Positions 10,023 to 20,458 of a DNA stretch of 64,000 nucleotides are shown one piece after another. Below the pieces are notes generated by a model. The model was not told where the DNA came from, did not search any database, and saw only the letters and a program-made list of their open reading frames with translations. Position numbers and translations under genes: made by a program. Source of the DNA: Synechococcus sp. (GTDB lineage: Bacteria > Cyanobacteriota > Cyanobacteriia > PCC-6307 > Cyanobiaceae); the NCBI GenBank assembly GCA_047284725.1, contig JBJBEO010000001.1, positions 1,304,203-1,368,202 of the forward strand, given 5' to 3'. Each line of letters begins with the position of its first letter. Within the stretch, counting starts at the first letter, position 1.

Positions 10023-11143
10023 CCCTGAGGGTGGTGAAGGTAGGCACCAGCCTGTTAAGGGGGCAGCCCGGTCAGACCACCGCTGACGTGATCGCACGCT
10101 TGGCCGCCGCGCTTGCCACCAGTCTTGATAGAGGAGACAAGGTTCTGCTGGTGAGTAGCGGTGCTGTCGGCCTGGGATGTCGCCGACTCGGACTCGATCA
10201 GAGGCCCGACAGCGTTGTGGCCCTTCAAGCAGCGGCTGCAGTGGGGCAGGGCCATCTGATGGCGCTCTACGAAAAGGCGATGGGACAACAGGGCTATGCC
10301 GTTGCCCAGGTTCTGCTTACCCGTTCAGAACTTTCCGATCGTCGGAGTTATCAGAGCGCTTCAGCCACCTTGCATCAGCTGCTCGATTGGAATGTGCTGC
10401 CGATCGTGAACGAAAACGATTCGGTGTCAGCTGCCGAACTGCGTTTTGGTGACAACGACACCCTGTCCGCTCTGCTGGCTGCAGCCGTGGGGGCCGACGA
10501 TCTGATTCTGCTCACCGACGTGGATCAGCTGTATTCCGCTGATCCACGTCTTGATGGTTCCGCCAAGCCGATCTCAGACGTCCACCATCCCGCCCAGTTG
10601 GCAGCTCTCGAAAAAGGTGCGGGCGATGGCGGTCGCTGGGGAACAGGAGGCATGACCACAAAACTGGCTGCAGCACGCATCGCCACAGCGAGCGGCATCA
10701 CCGTCCATCTTGCCGATGGTCGTCAGGAGCGCGTCTTGCATCAACTTCTCGAAGGTGGACGCGGCGGCACCGTGTTTCATCCCCATCCCGAACCCCTGGG
10801 CAACCGCAAAAGCTGGCTTGCCCATGCCCTGCAGCCCCAGGGCAGTCTCCATCTCGATCAGGGGGCCTGTGAGGCCCTGCAGCAGCGTGGGGCCTCTCTG
10901 TTACTGGTTGGCATTCGCAAGATCGAAGGAGACTTCGCTGCCAATCAACCCGTTCGACTGCTCGACCCAACAGGCACAGAAATCGCGCGGGGACTGAGTT
11001 CCATCAGCAGTGATCGTCTTGAAAGAACCGTCCTGGATGGGTCCTCACGTTCGCCAGACAGCTCTGCCGGTTCACCCGTTGTGATCAATCGCGACGTTCT
11101 CGTGATGACAGGCGCATCTACGATCCCGCCGCAGCAGACCTGA
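10019..11143 (+). CDS. proB: Glutamate 5-kinase
   Basis: VVKVGTSLL, VSSGAV, PIVNEND, FGDNDTLSA, GTGGMTTKL, plus C-terminal PUA domain. Confidence 0.97.
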   Translation: MTLRVVKVGTSLLRGQPGQTTADVIARLAAALATSLDRGDKVLLVSSGAVGLGCRRLGLDQRPDSVVALQAAAAVGQGHLMALYEKAMGQQGYAVAQVLLTRSELSDRRSYQSASATLHQLLDWNVLPIVNENDSVSAAELRFGDNDTLSALLAAAVGADDLILLTDVDQLYSADPRLDGSAKPISDVHHPAQLAALEKGAGDGGRWGTGGMTTKLAAARIATASGITVHLADGRQERVLHQLLEGGRGGTVFHPHPEPLGNRKSWLAHALQPQGSLHLDQGACEALQQRGASLLLVGIRKIEGDFAANQPVRLLDPTGTEIARGLSSISSDRLERTVLDGSSRSPDSSAGSPVVINRDVLVMTGASTIPPQQT

Positions 11144-11146
11144 CCC

Positions 11147-12217
11147 ATGCGTTTCAGCCAGTTGATCGCCACCCTTCAGCAGGGGGAGGCCGGGCTGCAG
11201 GCCCATCACCTCGGATCCAATCCGGATCTCAGCGGTGCAGCGTCAATCGATCGAGCCAAAGCTGATCAGATCACGTTCCTGGAAAAAGGGAGTGCGTTGG
11301 CAGGTCAACTGGACACCTGTGCTGCGGGCGCTGTGTTGCTGCCCGACCAGGACGAGCTCAAGCAACTGGCTGAACAGCGTGGGCTGGCCTGGGCTGTCTT
11401 ACGCGACCCGAGACTCGGTTTCGCCGAGACCCTTGAGCAGTTGCACCCTGCCCCCAGGGCTACCGCTGGCATCCATCCCTCTGCGGTGATTGGTGAACGC
11501 GTTGAGCTGAGCCCTGGGGTGAGCATTGGCCCCCACGTCTGCGTCGCTGATGGCAGCAGGATTGGACCCAACACCGTGCTCCATCCCGGTGTGGTGATCT
11601 ACCCCGACGTGGATGTCGCTGAGGGGTGTGTCATTCATGCCAATGCGGTGCTGCATCCGGGCACACGCCTGCAGCGCCATTGTGTCGTGCATTCCGGGGC
11701 CGTGATCGGATCAGAAGGATTTGGCTTCGTCCCCACGGCAAAAGGGTGGCGCAAGATGCCGCAGACCGGACTTGTGGTGCTCGAAGAAGGGGTTGAAGTG
11801 GGATGTGGCAGCACGATTGATCGCCCCTCAGTGGGAGAAACACGCATCGGTGCCGGCACCAAGATTGACAACTTGGTGCAGATCGGCCATGGCGTGGAAA
11901 CAGGCAAAGGCTGTGCTCTGGCGTCTCAGGTTGGCATTGCTGGAGGGGCCAAGCTTGGCAATGGCGTGATTCTCGCCGGCCAAGTAGGCGTCGCGAACCG
12001 AGCTGAAATCGGAGACCGAGCCATCGCCAGCTCCAAGAGCGGAATCCACGGTGAAGTGGCTAGCGGAGAGGTTGTGAGTGGATACCCAGCCATTTCCAAT
12101 CGTCTCTGGCTTCGCTGCTCAGCTGCCTTTGCCAAACTCCCCGAACTGACCAAGCAGATCCGAGACCTGCGCAAAGAGCTGGCCAGCCTGCGTGCTGAGG
12201 CGCACCCCCCTCAGTAA
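11147..12217 (+). CDS. lpxD: UDP-3-O-acyl-glucosamine N-acyltransferase
   Basis: Hexapeptide repeats, [25 protein letters not shown]. Confidence 0.96.
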   Translation: MRFSQLIATLQQGEAGLQAHHLGSNPDLSGAASIDRAKADQITFLEKGSALAGQLDTCAAGAVLLPDQDELKQLAEQRGLAWAVLRDPRLGFAETLEQLHPAPRATAGIHPSAVIGERVELSPGVSIGPHVCVADGSRIGPNTVLHPGVVIYPDVDVAEGCVIHANAVLHPGTRLQRHCVVHSGAVIGSEGFGFVPTAKGWRKMPQTGLVVLEEGVEVGCGSTIDRPSVGETRIGAGTKIDNLVQIGHGVETGKGCALASQVGIAGGAKLGNGVILAGQVGVANRAEIGDRAIASSKSGIHGEVASGEVVSGYPAISNRLWLRCSAAFAKLPELTKQIRDLRKELASLRAEAHPPQ

Positions 12218-12251
12218 CCTCCCTGGTTGCACCTTCAGCCTCTGAGGATCC

Positions 12252-13331
12252 ATGCGCCAGCACCGCGTCGTTCTGTTGCCCGGCGATGGCATTGGGCCGG
12301 AAATCACTGCGGTGACACGGCGGATGCTGGAGGCGGTGAGTGCACGCCACGGATTCCAGCTCAGTTTCAACGAACAACCCATCGGTGGTGCTGCCATTGA
12401 TGCCACGGGGGAGCCTCTCCCGGCCAGCACCCTGGAGGCCTGTCAGCAGGCTGATGCGGTGCTGATGGCCGCCATCGGCAGCCCGCGCTTCGACAACCTG
12501 CCAAGGGACAAACGCCCGGAAACAGGATTGCTCAGCCTCCGCGCCGGCATGGAGCTGTTTGCCAACCTCAGGCCGGTGAAGATCGTGCCCGCCCTGATCG
12601 ATGCCAGCAGCCTCAGGCCTGAGGTGATTCAGGGAGTTGATCTGATGGTGGTGCGGGAACTGACCGGAGGCATCTACTTCGGCCAGCCGAAAGGTCGCGT
12701 CGAAGCCGACGGAGAGGAACGCGGGTTCAACACGATGACCTACTCCGCCAGTGAAGTTGATCGCATCGCCAAGGTCGCCTTTGAACTGGCCCAACAACGG
12801 CGGGGTCAGCTGTGCTCCGTTGACAAAGCCAATGTGCTCGATGTCAGCCAGCTCTGGCGCGATCGCGTCGATGCCCTGGCCCCGGAGTTCGCAGGGGTGG
12901 AGGTGAGCCATCTGTACGTCGACAATGCCGCCATGCAACTGGTGCGTTCACCGCGCCAGTTCGATGTGCTGCTCACCGGCAACCTCTTCGGCGACATCCT
13001 CAGTGATGAAGCCGCCATGCTCACCGGATCGATCGGCATGCTTCCATCAGCCTCACTGGGGGCAGGAGGACCAGGGCTGTTCGAACCGGTGCATGGATCC
13101 GCACCAGACATCGCTGGGCAAGACAAGGCCAACCCGATGGCGATGGTGTTGTCCGCCGCAATGATGCTTCGCATTGGCCTCAAGGAAGAGGCCGCAGCAA
13201 CATCCCTGGAGCGTTCCGTTGACCGGGTGCTGGCCGCAGGTTTCCGGACAGGCGATCTGATGGCTGAAGGCTGCACTCCTTTGGGCTGTGAAGCGATGGG
13301 TGCCGAGCTGATCAAATCACTCGGGGAGTAA
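12252..13331 (+). CDS. leuB: 3-isopropylmalate dehydrogenase
   Basis: LPGDGIGPEI, VRELTGGIYFG, SVDKANVL, NLFGDILSDEA, EPVHGSAPDIAG. Confidence 0.98.
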   Translation: MRQHRVVLLPGDGIGPEITAVTRRMLEAVSARHGFQLSFNEQPIGGAAIDATGEPLPASTLEACQQADAVLMAAIGSPRFDNLPRDKRPETGLLSLRAGMELFANLRPVKIVPALIDASSLRPEVIQGVDLMVVRELTGGIYFGQPKGRVEADGEERGFNTMTYSASEVDRIAKVAFELAQQRRGQLCSVDKANVLDVSQLWRDRVDALAPEFAGVEVSHLYVDNAAMQLVRSPRQFDVLLTGNLFGDILSDEAAMLTGSIGMLPSASLGAGGPGLFEPVHGSAPDIAGQDKANPMAMVLSAAMMLRIGLKEEAAATSLERSVDRVLAAGFRTGDLMAEGCTPLGCEAMGAELIKSLGE

Positions 13332-13414
13332 CAGCCATTGCCGATGCCGGCCCCACGATGGGCAAATCCGGCAGGTGACCTGCCAAACTCGCTGGATTCT
13401 GTTCTCCTGCGTCG

Positions 13415-14317
13415 ATGTCGAAGCGCCACCCCGTAGTCGCCGTTACAGGCTCTTCCGGTGCCGGTACCAGCACCGTGAAACGGGCTTTCGAGCATATCTT
13501 CGCCCGCGAGAACATCACGCCTGCGGTGGTGGAGGGCGACAGCTACCACCGCTTCGAGCGCATGGCCATGAAAGAGGCCATGGCCGATGCGCTCGCCAAA
13601 GGTGAGAACTTTTCGCACTTCGGGCCTGAAGCCAACCTCTTCGACAAACTTGAAGAGCTCTTCCGCGTCTATGGCGAAACCGGTGGCGGCCAGAAGCGCT
13701 ACTACCTCCACAGCCCTGAAGAAGCTGCTGAGCACAATGCCCGCCTGGGTGTGAACCTCGAGCCCGGTCAGTTCACCCCCTGGGAATCGATTCCCTCAGG
13801 AACGGATGTGCTCTTCTACGAGGGCCTCCATGGTGGTGTGAAGGGCAACGATTATGACGTCGCCAGTCTGGCCGACCTCCTGGTTGGTGTGGTGCCCATC
13901 ACCAACCTGGAGTGGATTCAGAAGATCCACCGTGACAACGCAGAACGTGGCTATTCCGCCGAAGCAATCGTCGACACGATCCTGCGACGGATGCCTGATT
14001 ACATCAATCACATCTGCCCGCAGTTCAGCCGCACCGACATCAACTTCCAGCGTGTCCCGACCGTGGACACCTCCAACCCCTTCATCTGTCGGAACATTCC
14101 GACTCCGGATGAAAGCTTCGTGATTATCCACTTCCGCAAGGGTGCCCGTGAGAAATGGGGGATTGATTTCACCTATCTGCTCAACATGATTCACGACTCG
14201 TTCATGTCGAGCCCCACATCCATTGTGGTTAACGGTGGCAAGATGGGTTTTGCCATGGAGCTGATCCTGACACCGATCATCCACCGCATGATTGAGGAAA
14301 AGCAGAAGCTGGGCTGA
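13415..14317 (+). CDS. prk: Phosphoribulokinase (proteobacterial/alpha-cyanobacterial type)
   Basis: HPVVAVTGSSGAGTS, YEGLHG, INFQRVPTVDTSNPF. Confidence 0.97.
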   Translation: MSKRHPVVAVTGSSGAGTSTVKRAFEHIFARENITPAVVEGDSYHRFERMAMKEAMADALAKGENFSHFGPEANLFDKLEELFRVYGETGGGQKRYYLHSPEEAAEHNARLGVNLEPGQFTPWESIPSGTDVLFYEGLHGGVKGNDYDVASLADLLVGVVPITNLEWIQKIHRDNAERGYSAEAIVDTILRRMPDYINHICPQFSRTDINFQRVPTVDTSNPFICRNIPTPDESFVIIHFRKGAREKWGIDFTYLLNMIHDSFMSSPTSIVVNGGKMGFAMELILTPIIHRMIEEKQKLG

Positions 14318-14414
14318 TTCAAGGTCACTGAAAACATCTATCGTGGGCGCATCTGAGGCATCAGGTGGGCCCATTTCTTTTTCCACCCCATCGTTTGTGA
14401 TCACTGGAGCGGCG

Positions 14415-14666
14415 GTGGCTTCCTCGCCTGCCCCCCGATGGGATCGTGTGAACAGCCAGGACTTGATTGCAAGGGCACGCTCGATCTATTTCCGTTACCT
14501 CAGTGATGCGAGTCGCGCCGCTGAACCAAGCGGTGTTGTCCTTTGCGCCAGCAGTGGGGAAGGTCGTGTGGTGTTTGAGTTGCCTACCCTCCTGCCGGAA
14601 GAAGAGTTTGTTGCCACCCAGTTCCTGAGGGTCAAGAGTCCACGCCGCAACGTGTCCCGCGGATGA
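14415..14666 (+). CDS. Small conserved hypothetical protein
   Basis: ORF (AR.IYFRYL...EP.GVV....GRVVFELPTLLPEE.FV) ends in an ATGA overlap with the prepilin peptidase. Start uncertain. Confidence 0.6.
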   Translation: MASSPAPRWDRVNSQDLIARARSIYFRYLSDASRAAEPSGVVLCASSGEGRVVFELPTLLPEEEFVATQFLRVKSPRRNVSRG

Positions 14667-15481
14667 TCCCCTTCGTTGTGCTCCTGGCACTATTCGGAGC
14701 CTGCATCGGCAGCTTTCTCAATGTGGTGGCATGGCGTTGGCCTCGTAGGCAGTCAGTTGTCTGGCCAGGCAGTCACTGCCCGAACTGCGGCCATGCCGTT
14801 CGATGGCACGACAACCTTCCAGTCTTTGGCTGGTTTCTGCTGCGAGGACGTTGCCGAGATTGCAACTGGAGGATTCCAGCGCGCTATCCGTTGGTGGAAC
14901 TGCTGACCGCAGGGCTCTGGCTCACCGCCATGACTGCCCTGGGACTGGGATCGACCACTCCGAAGCTGATCAATCTGACGGGAGGGGTGTTGTTGGTCAG
15001 CCTGTTGATGGTCCTCACACTGATTGATCTCGACCACCTCTGGTTGCCCGAACCGCTGTGTCGCCTGGGGGTGATCAGCGGTTGGGCCACGGTGACCTGG
15101 ATGGCAGCAACCTCCACGCCGTTTGCAGCCGAGCATTTGCTGGCCCACCTGCTCGCAGCCAGTGCCGGCTTGCTGATCCTTGAAGGCATCAGCGCCCTGG
15201 CCGAACGGATCCTCGGGCAACCAGCGCTCGGTCTCGGCGATGCGAAGCTAGCGGCCATGGGCGGAGCATGGTTAGGCCCCCTTGGTCTGGCAGCGGCCAT
15301 GATGCTGGCGGTGCTGGGAGGAGCCTTGATCGGGTCAGTCGCCCGATTGAGCGGACGACTCGGCCCAAGGGAACCCTTTCCATTCGGTCCCTTCATCGCT
15401 GCCGGCATCTGGCTGGTATGGCTGAAAGGAGCCTCCTGGTGGTGGCAGCTCTGGCTCAGCATGCTGGGGCAGAACAGCTGA
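14663..15481 (+). CDS. pilD: Type IV prepilin peptidase (A24)
   Basis: GSFLNVV, CPNC/CRDC Zn motif, RYPLVE, IDLDH, GLGDAKL, PFGPFIA. Confidence 0.93.
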   Translation: MIPFVVLLALFGACIGSFLNVVAWRWPRRQSVVWPGSHCPNCGHAVRWHDNLPVFGWFLLRGRCRDCNWRIPARYPLVELLTAGLWLTAMTALGLGSTTPKLINLTGGVLLVSLLMVLTLIDLDHLWLPEPLCRLGVISGWATVTWMAATSTPFAAEHLLAHLLAASAGLLILEGISALAERILGQPALGLGDAKLAAMGGAWLGPLGLAAAMMLAVLGGALIGSVARLSGRLGPREPFPFGPFIAAGIWLVWLKGASWWWQLWLSMLGQNS

Positions 15482-15710
15482 GACGGCGGATCGTTCTGGA
15501 TTCAGTTCCTCAACGACGGCCAATTTCAGGGAATTACTTGTCAACCCGGACGGGTTTGAGCTCCAACAACTTGGATGATGGTGGACGCACCATCAGGTTG
15601 ATGGCTGGGTGATCGCATCGGGCAGTCGCAACCCAACCACCCCATGGCGAGCAAGCAGGGATTTCCTTGTACCCACTGCGATTAAGGTGTCCTGATCCAC
15701 ACCTGACTGG

Positions 15711-16589
15711 ATGAGTCTCTTCGACTGGTTTGCTGATCGCCGCAAGGATCAATTCGTCGGCAAGGTCTCCCAGGAACAGGACGAGGGCGATGGTCTGTGG
15801 AGTAAGTGCCCGGAGTGCGGAACGGTTGCCTACCGCAAGGACCTGGTTGCCAATGCCAACGTCTGCAGCCATTGCGGCCACCACAACCGCATTGACAGCA
15901 GCGAACGCATTGCCCTGATCGCTGATCCGGGAACATTCTCCGCGATGAACAGCGACCTTGAGCCCACCGACCCACTGGGCTTCAAGGATCGCCGCGCCTA
16001 TGCCGATCGACTGCGGGAAACCCAGGCAAAGACAGGCCTGAAGGATGCTGTGATCACAGGCTTCTGTCGAGTCGACACTTTGCCTCTGGCCTTGGCGGTG
16101 ATGGATTTCCGTTTCATGGGCGGCTCCATGGGATCCGTCGTGGGGGAGCGGATCACCCGCCTGGTGGAACAGGCCACAGACCGCAGGGTGCCTCTCTTGA
16201 TTGTGTGCGCCTCAGGTGGTGCACGCATGCAGGAGGGGATGCTCAGCCTGATGCAAATGGCCAAGATTTCTGGAGCTCTTGAACGCCATCGCGAGCAAGG
16301 TCTGCTCTACATGCCTCTGCTCACCCACCCCACAACCGGTGGGGTGACAGCCAGTTTCGCCATGCTGGGGGATTTGATTCTGGCTGAACCCAAGGCCCTG
16401 ATTGGCTTTGCCGGACGGCGGGTGATTGAGCAGACCCTGCGGGAGAAACTGCCTGAGAATTTCCAGACCGCCGAATATCTGCAGGAGCACGGCTTCGTTG
16501 ACACGATTGTGCCGCGTAACCAGTTGAAGACGACCCTCGCCAGCCTGCTGCGACTGCATGGAAGCAAGCCAGTGGGAGTCGCCGGCTGA
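15711..16589 (+). CDS. accD: Acetyl-CoA carboxylase carboxyltransferase beta subunit
   Basis: [12 protein letters not shown] zinc finger, [32 protein letters not shown]. Confidence 0.98.
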   Translation: MSLFDWFADRRKDQFVGKVSQEQDEGDGLWSKCPECGTVAYRKDLVANANVCSHCGHHNRIDSSERIALIADPGTFSAMNSDLEPTDPLGFKDRRAYADRLRETQAKTGLKDAVITGFCRVDTLPLALAVMDFRFMGGSMGSVVGERITRLVEQATDRRVPLLIVCASGGARMQEGMLSLMQMAKISGALERHREQGLLYMPLLTHPTTGGVTASFAMLGDLILAEPKALIGFAGRRVIEQTLREKLPENFQTAEYLQEHGFVDTIVPRNQLKTTLASLLRLHGSKPVGVAG

Positions 16590-16993
16590 TGCGTCGCTTC
16601 GCACAAAGCCTCGGCCTCTTCACGCTGGTCCTGACGTTCATGGTTCTGCTGCCCGTTCAGCTTCAGCCATGGGGCGGACTTGCGGCCGCGGGGCCGGTGG
16701 ACTGGCATGAGGTGGAGCCCACCGCCGATGGACGCCAATGGTGGGATGCCGGCAGCGTGCGGCGTGATCGTGATGGGTTCCTCAGTGTGCTCAGTCGCTA
16801 TACCCCTGAAACCGATGAAGACACCCCCACCCTCGGCACGCTGTTTGTGATGCAGGTGGATTGCGACCAGCGGTTGTTTCGCGATAAGCAAGTGAACGGT
16901 TTGCCTCGATGGCAGGCGCAGTGGGAACCTGCTGGCGGCGATGGCTTGATCGAGCGTGTGATCGATCAGGTCTGCCGAGCTGATCTGGCCTGA
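16589..16993 (+). CDS. Conserved exported hypothetical protein
   Basis: TGATG coupling to accD, signal peptide, W.EV..T.DG.QWWD.GS motif, two Cys. Confidence 0.7.
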   Translation: MRRFAQSLGLFTLVLTFMVLLPVQLQPWGGLAAAGPVDWHEVEPTADGRQWWDAGSVRRDRDGFLSVLSRYTPETDEDTPTLGTLFVMQVDCDQRLFRDKQVNGLPRWQAQWEPAGGDGLIERVIDQVCRADLA

Positions 16994-16996
16994 GTC

Positions 16997-18100
16997 ATGT
17001 ATCCACAGTCCTCCCGAACGCAACCCATCGGTGTCGCCGTGGCGGGCCTTGGGTTCGGGGAAGCCGTCCATCTGCCTGCGCTTGCGTCGAACCCTGACCT
17101 CAACGCAGTAGCCCTCTGGCATCCCCGCCAAGACAGGTTGGATCAGGCCTGCGCGACCCACAGCCTGCAAGGCACAACCGACTGGGATGTCCTGCTGGCC
17201 AACCCGGAGGTGGAGGCGGTGATCATCACGACTCCCCCGGCTCCCCGCTTTGACCTTGCACGTCGAGCCTTGGAAGCTGGCAAGCATCTTCTCTTGGAAA
17301 AACCTGTCGCCCTCGAAGCGGATCGAGTGGAAGAACTCCACCGGATCGCCATTGCCAAACGGCTCAGCGTGGCGGTTGATTTCGAATACCGTGCGGTTCC
17401 CCTGTTCATGCAGGCGGCACGACTTCTGCAGGCAGGAGCCATCGGCACCCCGTGGCTTGTGAAGTACGACTGGTTGATGAGCAGCCGAGCCAATGCCAGC
17501 CGTCCCTGGAGCTGGTACTCCGACCTCAGACAGGGCGGTGGCGTCATCGGTGCTCTTGGAACCCATGCCTTCGACACCCTGCATTGGCTGATTGGACCCG
17601 TGTGCGGGTTGCATGCGCTCCATCACACGGCGATTCAGCACAGACCGGATGCCAACGGTCAGCTTCAACCCGTCGATGCGGAAGATGTGGCTCTGATTCA
17701 GGCTCGGCTGCAATTGGCCGATGGGTCAGGCCTGGTGCCCGCACAGGTGAGTCTGGCCTCGGTCGCCCGCAATGGCCGTGGCTGCTGGCTGGAGGTGTAC
17801 GGCTCCGAGGGCAGCCTCACGCTGGGCAGCGACAACCAGAAGGATTACGTCCACGGCTTCAGCCTGTGCATCAGCCAGAACGGTGAGGCGCCGAGAGTGG
17901 TGCAAGCAGACGCCGATCTCAGCTTTGCAACCACCTGGAGCGATGGCCGGATTGCTCCTGTGGCCAGACTTCAGGGCTGGTGGGCCGACAGTATTCGCAC
18001 CGGACGGCCGATGATCCCGGGCTTGGCTGAAGGCTTTCTCAGCCAGAGAGCCTGCGATGAGGCCCAGGCTTCGCATCGAAGCTGGAAACGACCGGGATGA
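16997..18100 (+). CDS. Gfo/Idh/MocA-family oxidoreductase
   Basis: VAVAGLGFG, AGKHLLLEKP, GGG.IGALGTHAFD. Confidence 0.92.
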   Translation: MYPQSSRTQPIGVAVAGLGFGEAVHLPALASNPDLNAVALWHPRQDRLDQACATHSLQGTTDWDVLLANPEVEAVIITTPPAPRFDLARRALEAGKHLLLEKPVALEADRVEELHRIAIAKRLSVAVDFEYRAVPLFMQAARLLQAGAIGTPWLVKYDWLMSSRANASRPWSWYSDLRQGGGVIGALGTHAFDTLHWLIGPVCGLHALHHTAIQHRPDANGQLQPVDAEDVALIQARLQLADGSGLVPAQVSLASVARNGRGCWLEVYGSEGSLTLGSDNQKDYVHGFSLCISQNGEAPRVVQADADLSFATTWSDGRIAPVARLQGWWADSIRTGRPMIPGLAEGFLSQRACDEAQASHRSWKRPG

Positions 18101-18172
18101 TCGGCGTGATGCAAATCCGGTAGATTCGCCCGCATCCGTCTCCACGACGTTCACCCCCAGAGGATCTTCACC

Positions 18173-19246
18173 ATGGCGCTCGTCCCGCTTCGGCTCCTGC
18201 TTGACCACGCCGCCGAAAACGGCTACGGCATCCCTGCGTTCAACGTCAACAACCTGGAGCAGGTTCAGTCGATCATGGAGGCGGCTCACGAGACCGACTC
18301 TCCCGTGATCCTGCAGGCCTCCCGTGGTGCCCGCACCTACGCCGGTGAAAGCTTCCTGCGTCACCTGATCCTGGCGGCTGTCGAGACCTATCCCGACATC
18401 CCTGTGGTGATGCACCAGGACCACGGCAACAGCCCCTCCACCTGCTACGGAGCTGCCGCCAACGGTTTCACCTCCGTGATGATGGATGGTTCCCTTGAAG
18501 CCGATGCCAAGACTCCTGCCAGCTACGAGTACAACGTGGCTGTCACCAAGGAAGTGGTGGACGTGGCTCACGCCATCGGCGTCAGCGTCGAAGGTGAGCT
18601 GGGTTGCCTTGGCTCCCTCGAGACCGGTAAAGGCGAAGCCGAAGACGGCCACGGCTTTGAAGGCGAGCTGTCGAAGGATCAGCTGCTGACCGACCCTGCC
18701 GAAGCGGCTGACTTCGTCGCCAAGACCAAGGTGGATGCCCTGGCCATCGCCATCGGCACCAGCCACGGCGCCTACAAGTTCACCCGCAAGCCAACCGGTG
18801 AAGTGCTGGCCATCAGCCGCATTGCTGAAATCCACAAGGCCATCCCCAACACCCACCTGGTGATGCACGGTTCATCCTCCGTTCCTCAGGAATGGCTGGA
18901 GATGATCAACAAGTACGGCGGTCAGATTCCTGAGACCTACGGCGTCCCCGTCGAAGAGATCCAGGAAGGCATCCGCAACGGTGTGCGCAAGGTGAACATC
19001 GACACCGATAACCGCCTGGCCTTCACCGCTGCTGTGCGTGAAGCCGCCGCTGCGGATCCCGCCAATTTCGATCCTCGCCACTTCAACAAGCCTGCTCGTA
19101 AGTACATGAAGCAGGTCTGCCTCGACCGCTATCAGCAGTTCTGGGCCGCCGGCAACGCCAGCAAGATCAAGCAACGCGACATCAACTACTACGCCGGTCT
19201 GTATGCCAAAGGCGCACTGGAGCCGAAAGCTGCCGTGGCTGCCTGA
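18173..19246 (+). CDS. fba: Class II fructose-bisphosphate aldolase
   Basis: [43 protein letters not shown]. Strong codon bias. Confidence 0.98.
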   Translation: MALVPLRLLLDHAAENGYGIPAFNVNNLEQVQSIMEAAHETDSPVILQASRGARTYAGESFLRHLILAAVETYPDIPVVMHQDHGNSPSTCYGAAANGFTSVMMDGSLEADAKTPASYEYNVAVTKEVVDVAHAIGVSVEGELGCLGSLETGKGEAEDGHGFEGELSKDQLLTDPAEAADFVAKTKVDALAIAIGTSHGAYKFTRKPTGEVLAISRIAEIHKAIPNTHLVMHGSSSVPQEWLEMINKYGGQIPETYGVPVEEIQEGIRNGVRKVNIDTDNRLAFTAAVREAAAADPANFDPRHFNKPARKYMKQVCLDRYQQFWAAGNASKIKQRDINYYAGLYAKGALEPKAAVAA

Positions 19247-19270
19247 TCCAGTCAGCAACGAAGTATTGGT

Positions 19271-19294
19271 GGGGGGGGTGACGCCCCCCTTTTT
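19271..19294 (+). terminator. Rho-independent terminator after fba
   Basis: G-run/C-run hairpin (GGGGGG-GGTGACG-CCCCCC) followed by TTTTT, 25 nt after the stop. Confidence 0.8.
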
Positions 19295-19301
19295 CATGGC
19301 A

Positions 19302-20423
19302 TCAGACCTGCACCTTCAAACGAGCACGATTGTTGTTGCGAAGGGCCTCAGGTTCGAGAATCTGCTGCTCCGGATCCACCCACACCTCCACGTCTTGACG
19401 GCCAGGTGACAGCGCCCAGGCGATGGAAAAGCGTTCCGATCCGCCAGCCTCCATCCAGGGCAGGCGGAGATACCGATGGTCGCTGTATCGGTTATTGACG
19501 ACCACTGCAATGCCCACATCACTCACATCGAGCTGGCCCTGATTGGCCACCGTGAACTGGATACACCCTGTTTGGTAAGCCAGTTCATGCACAAACAGAT
19601 CGCTCGACCAGGTCTGAATTGTTTGCAGGGGATAGATGGCCAGACGGTCAAGCCGTGTCAACGCGGTCGAGGGGTGCTCATGGTGCAGATGACCGCCGTA
19701 ACGCAGATCTGTGCTGCAGCCGTGCAGGTGAAGATGGGCATCAGCCTGGGGAACGGTGACGCGCCCGAGAGCAGGGTTGGTGTCAAAAAAACCGCAGCAT
19801 TCCCAGTGCAGGGAATGGCCGAGAAAATGAACGGGATCCTCAGGATTGCCCGGATCTTGATCTGCGAGCCGATAGTGCTGAAGAAGGTCGTAGATGCTTT
19901 TTGAGGCCGTTGCATCGCCTTCGGAAGTGGATGCGATCGCACTGTTTCGACGCTGCTGCCCCATACACAATTTGGAAGCAACGGTAATCACCAGTTCCCG
20001 CCATTCCGCCAACAACCGAACGCCATAGATCGGGGCATTCGTCAAACGGCCGGCGTCATGGCCCAGGCGGATCGCTTCAGCCACCAGCTCCTGCAAGCGA
20101 CGACCATCCACAGGCCCGAGCTGCTCGACATCCACCGGGTAGCGCAGACCTGTGGCATCCCTGGAGAAACAGACATAAGGGAAATGAGAACTGCCATCCC
20201 CCCGGTGCAACCGACGGATGCCGCCGTTGAAGGCCTCACACTTCCAAATGGCCGTGTCGCCTGTCGGATCAGGGAGAAACGTGAGCTCACCGTTGTCAAG
20301 GCTGGTGGTGGTGCCGAGGCCAAGCACATCACCCTTGAGAGGAATGCGCTCATAAGCCAGATGCTCATTCACATCTCCCTGAATCAGATCGGTGACGGTA
20401 TTGGCGATCGTGAGATCCGTCAT
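19302..20423 (-). CDS. Alpha-acetolactate decarboxylase-like domain fused to a C-terminal CARDB (Ig-like) domain
   Basis: GDVLGLGTTTSLDNGEL and HLH-x10-H (HLHGCSTDLRYGGH). C-terminal SDL..FTVANQG..AGGS..W..G..V.VWVDP...I.E....NN. Confidence 0.7.
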   Translation of the reverse strand: MTDLTIANTVTDLIQGDVNEHLAYERIPLKGDVLGLGTTTSLDNGELTFLPDPTGDTAIWKCEAFNGGIRRLHRGDGSSHFPYVCFSRDATGLRYPVDVEQLGPVDGRRLQELVAEAIRLGHDAGRLTNAPIYGVRLLAEWRELVITVASKLCMGQQRRNSAIASTSEGDATASKSIYDLLQHYRLADQDPGNPEDPVHFLGHSLHWECCGFFDTNPALGRVTVPQADAHLHLHGCSTDLRYGGHLHHEHPSTALTRLDRLAIYPLQTIQTWSSDLFVHELAYQTGCIQFTVANQGQLDVSDVGIAVVVNNRYSDHRYLRLPWMEAGGSERFSIAWALSPGRQDVEVWVDPEQQILEPEALRNNNRARLKVQV

Positions 20424-20458
20424 CGAGGCAACACGGGGATCTCCATGCTGACCGCAGA

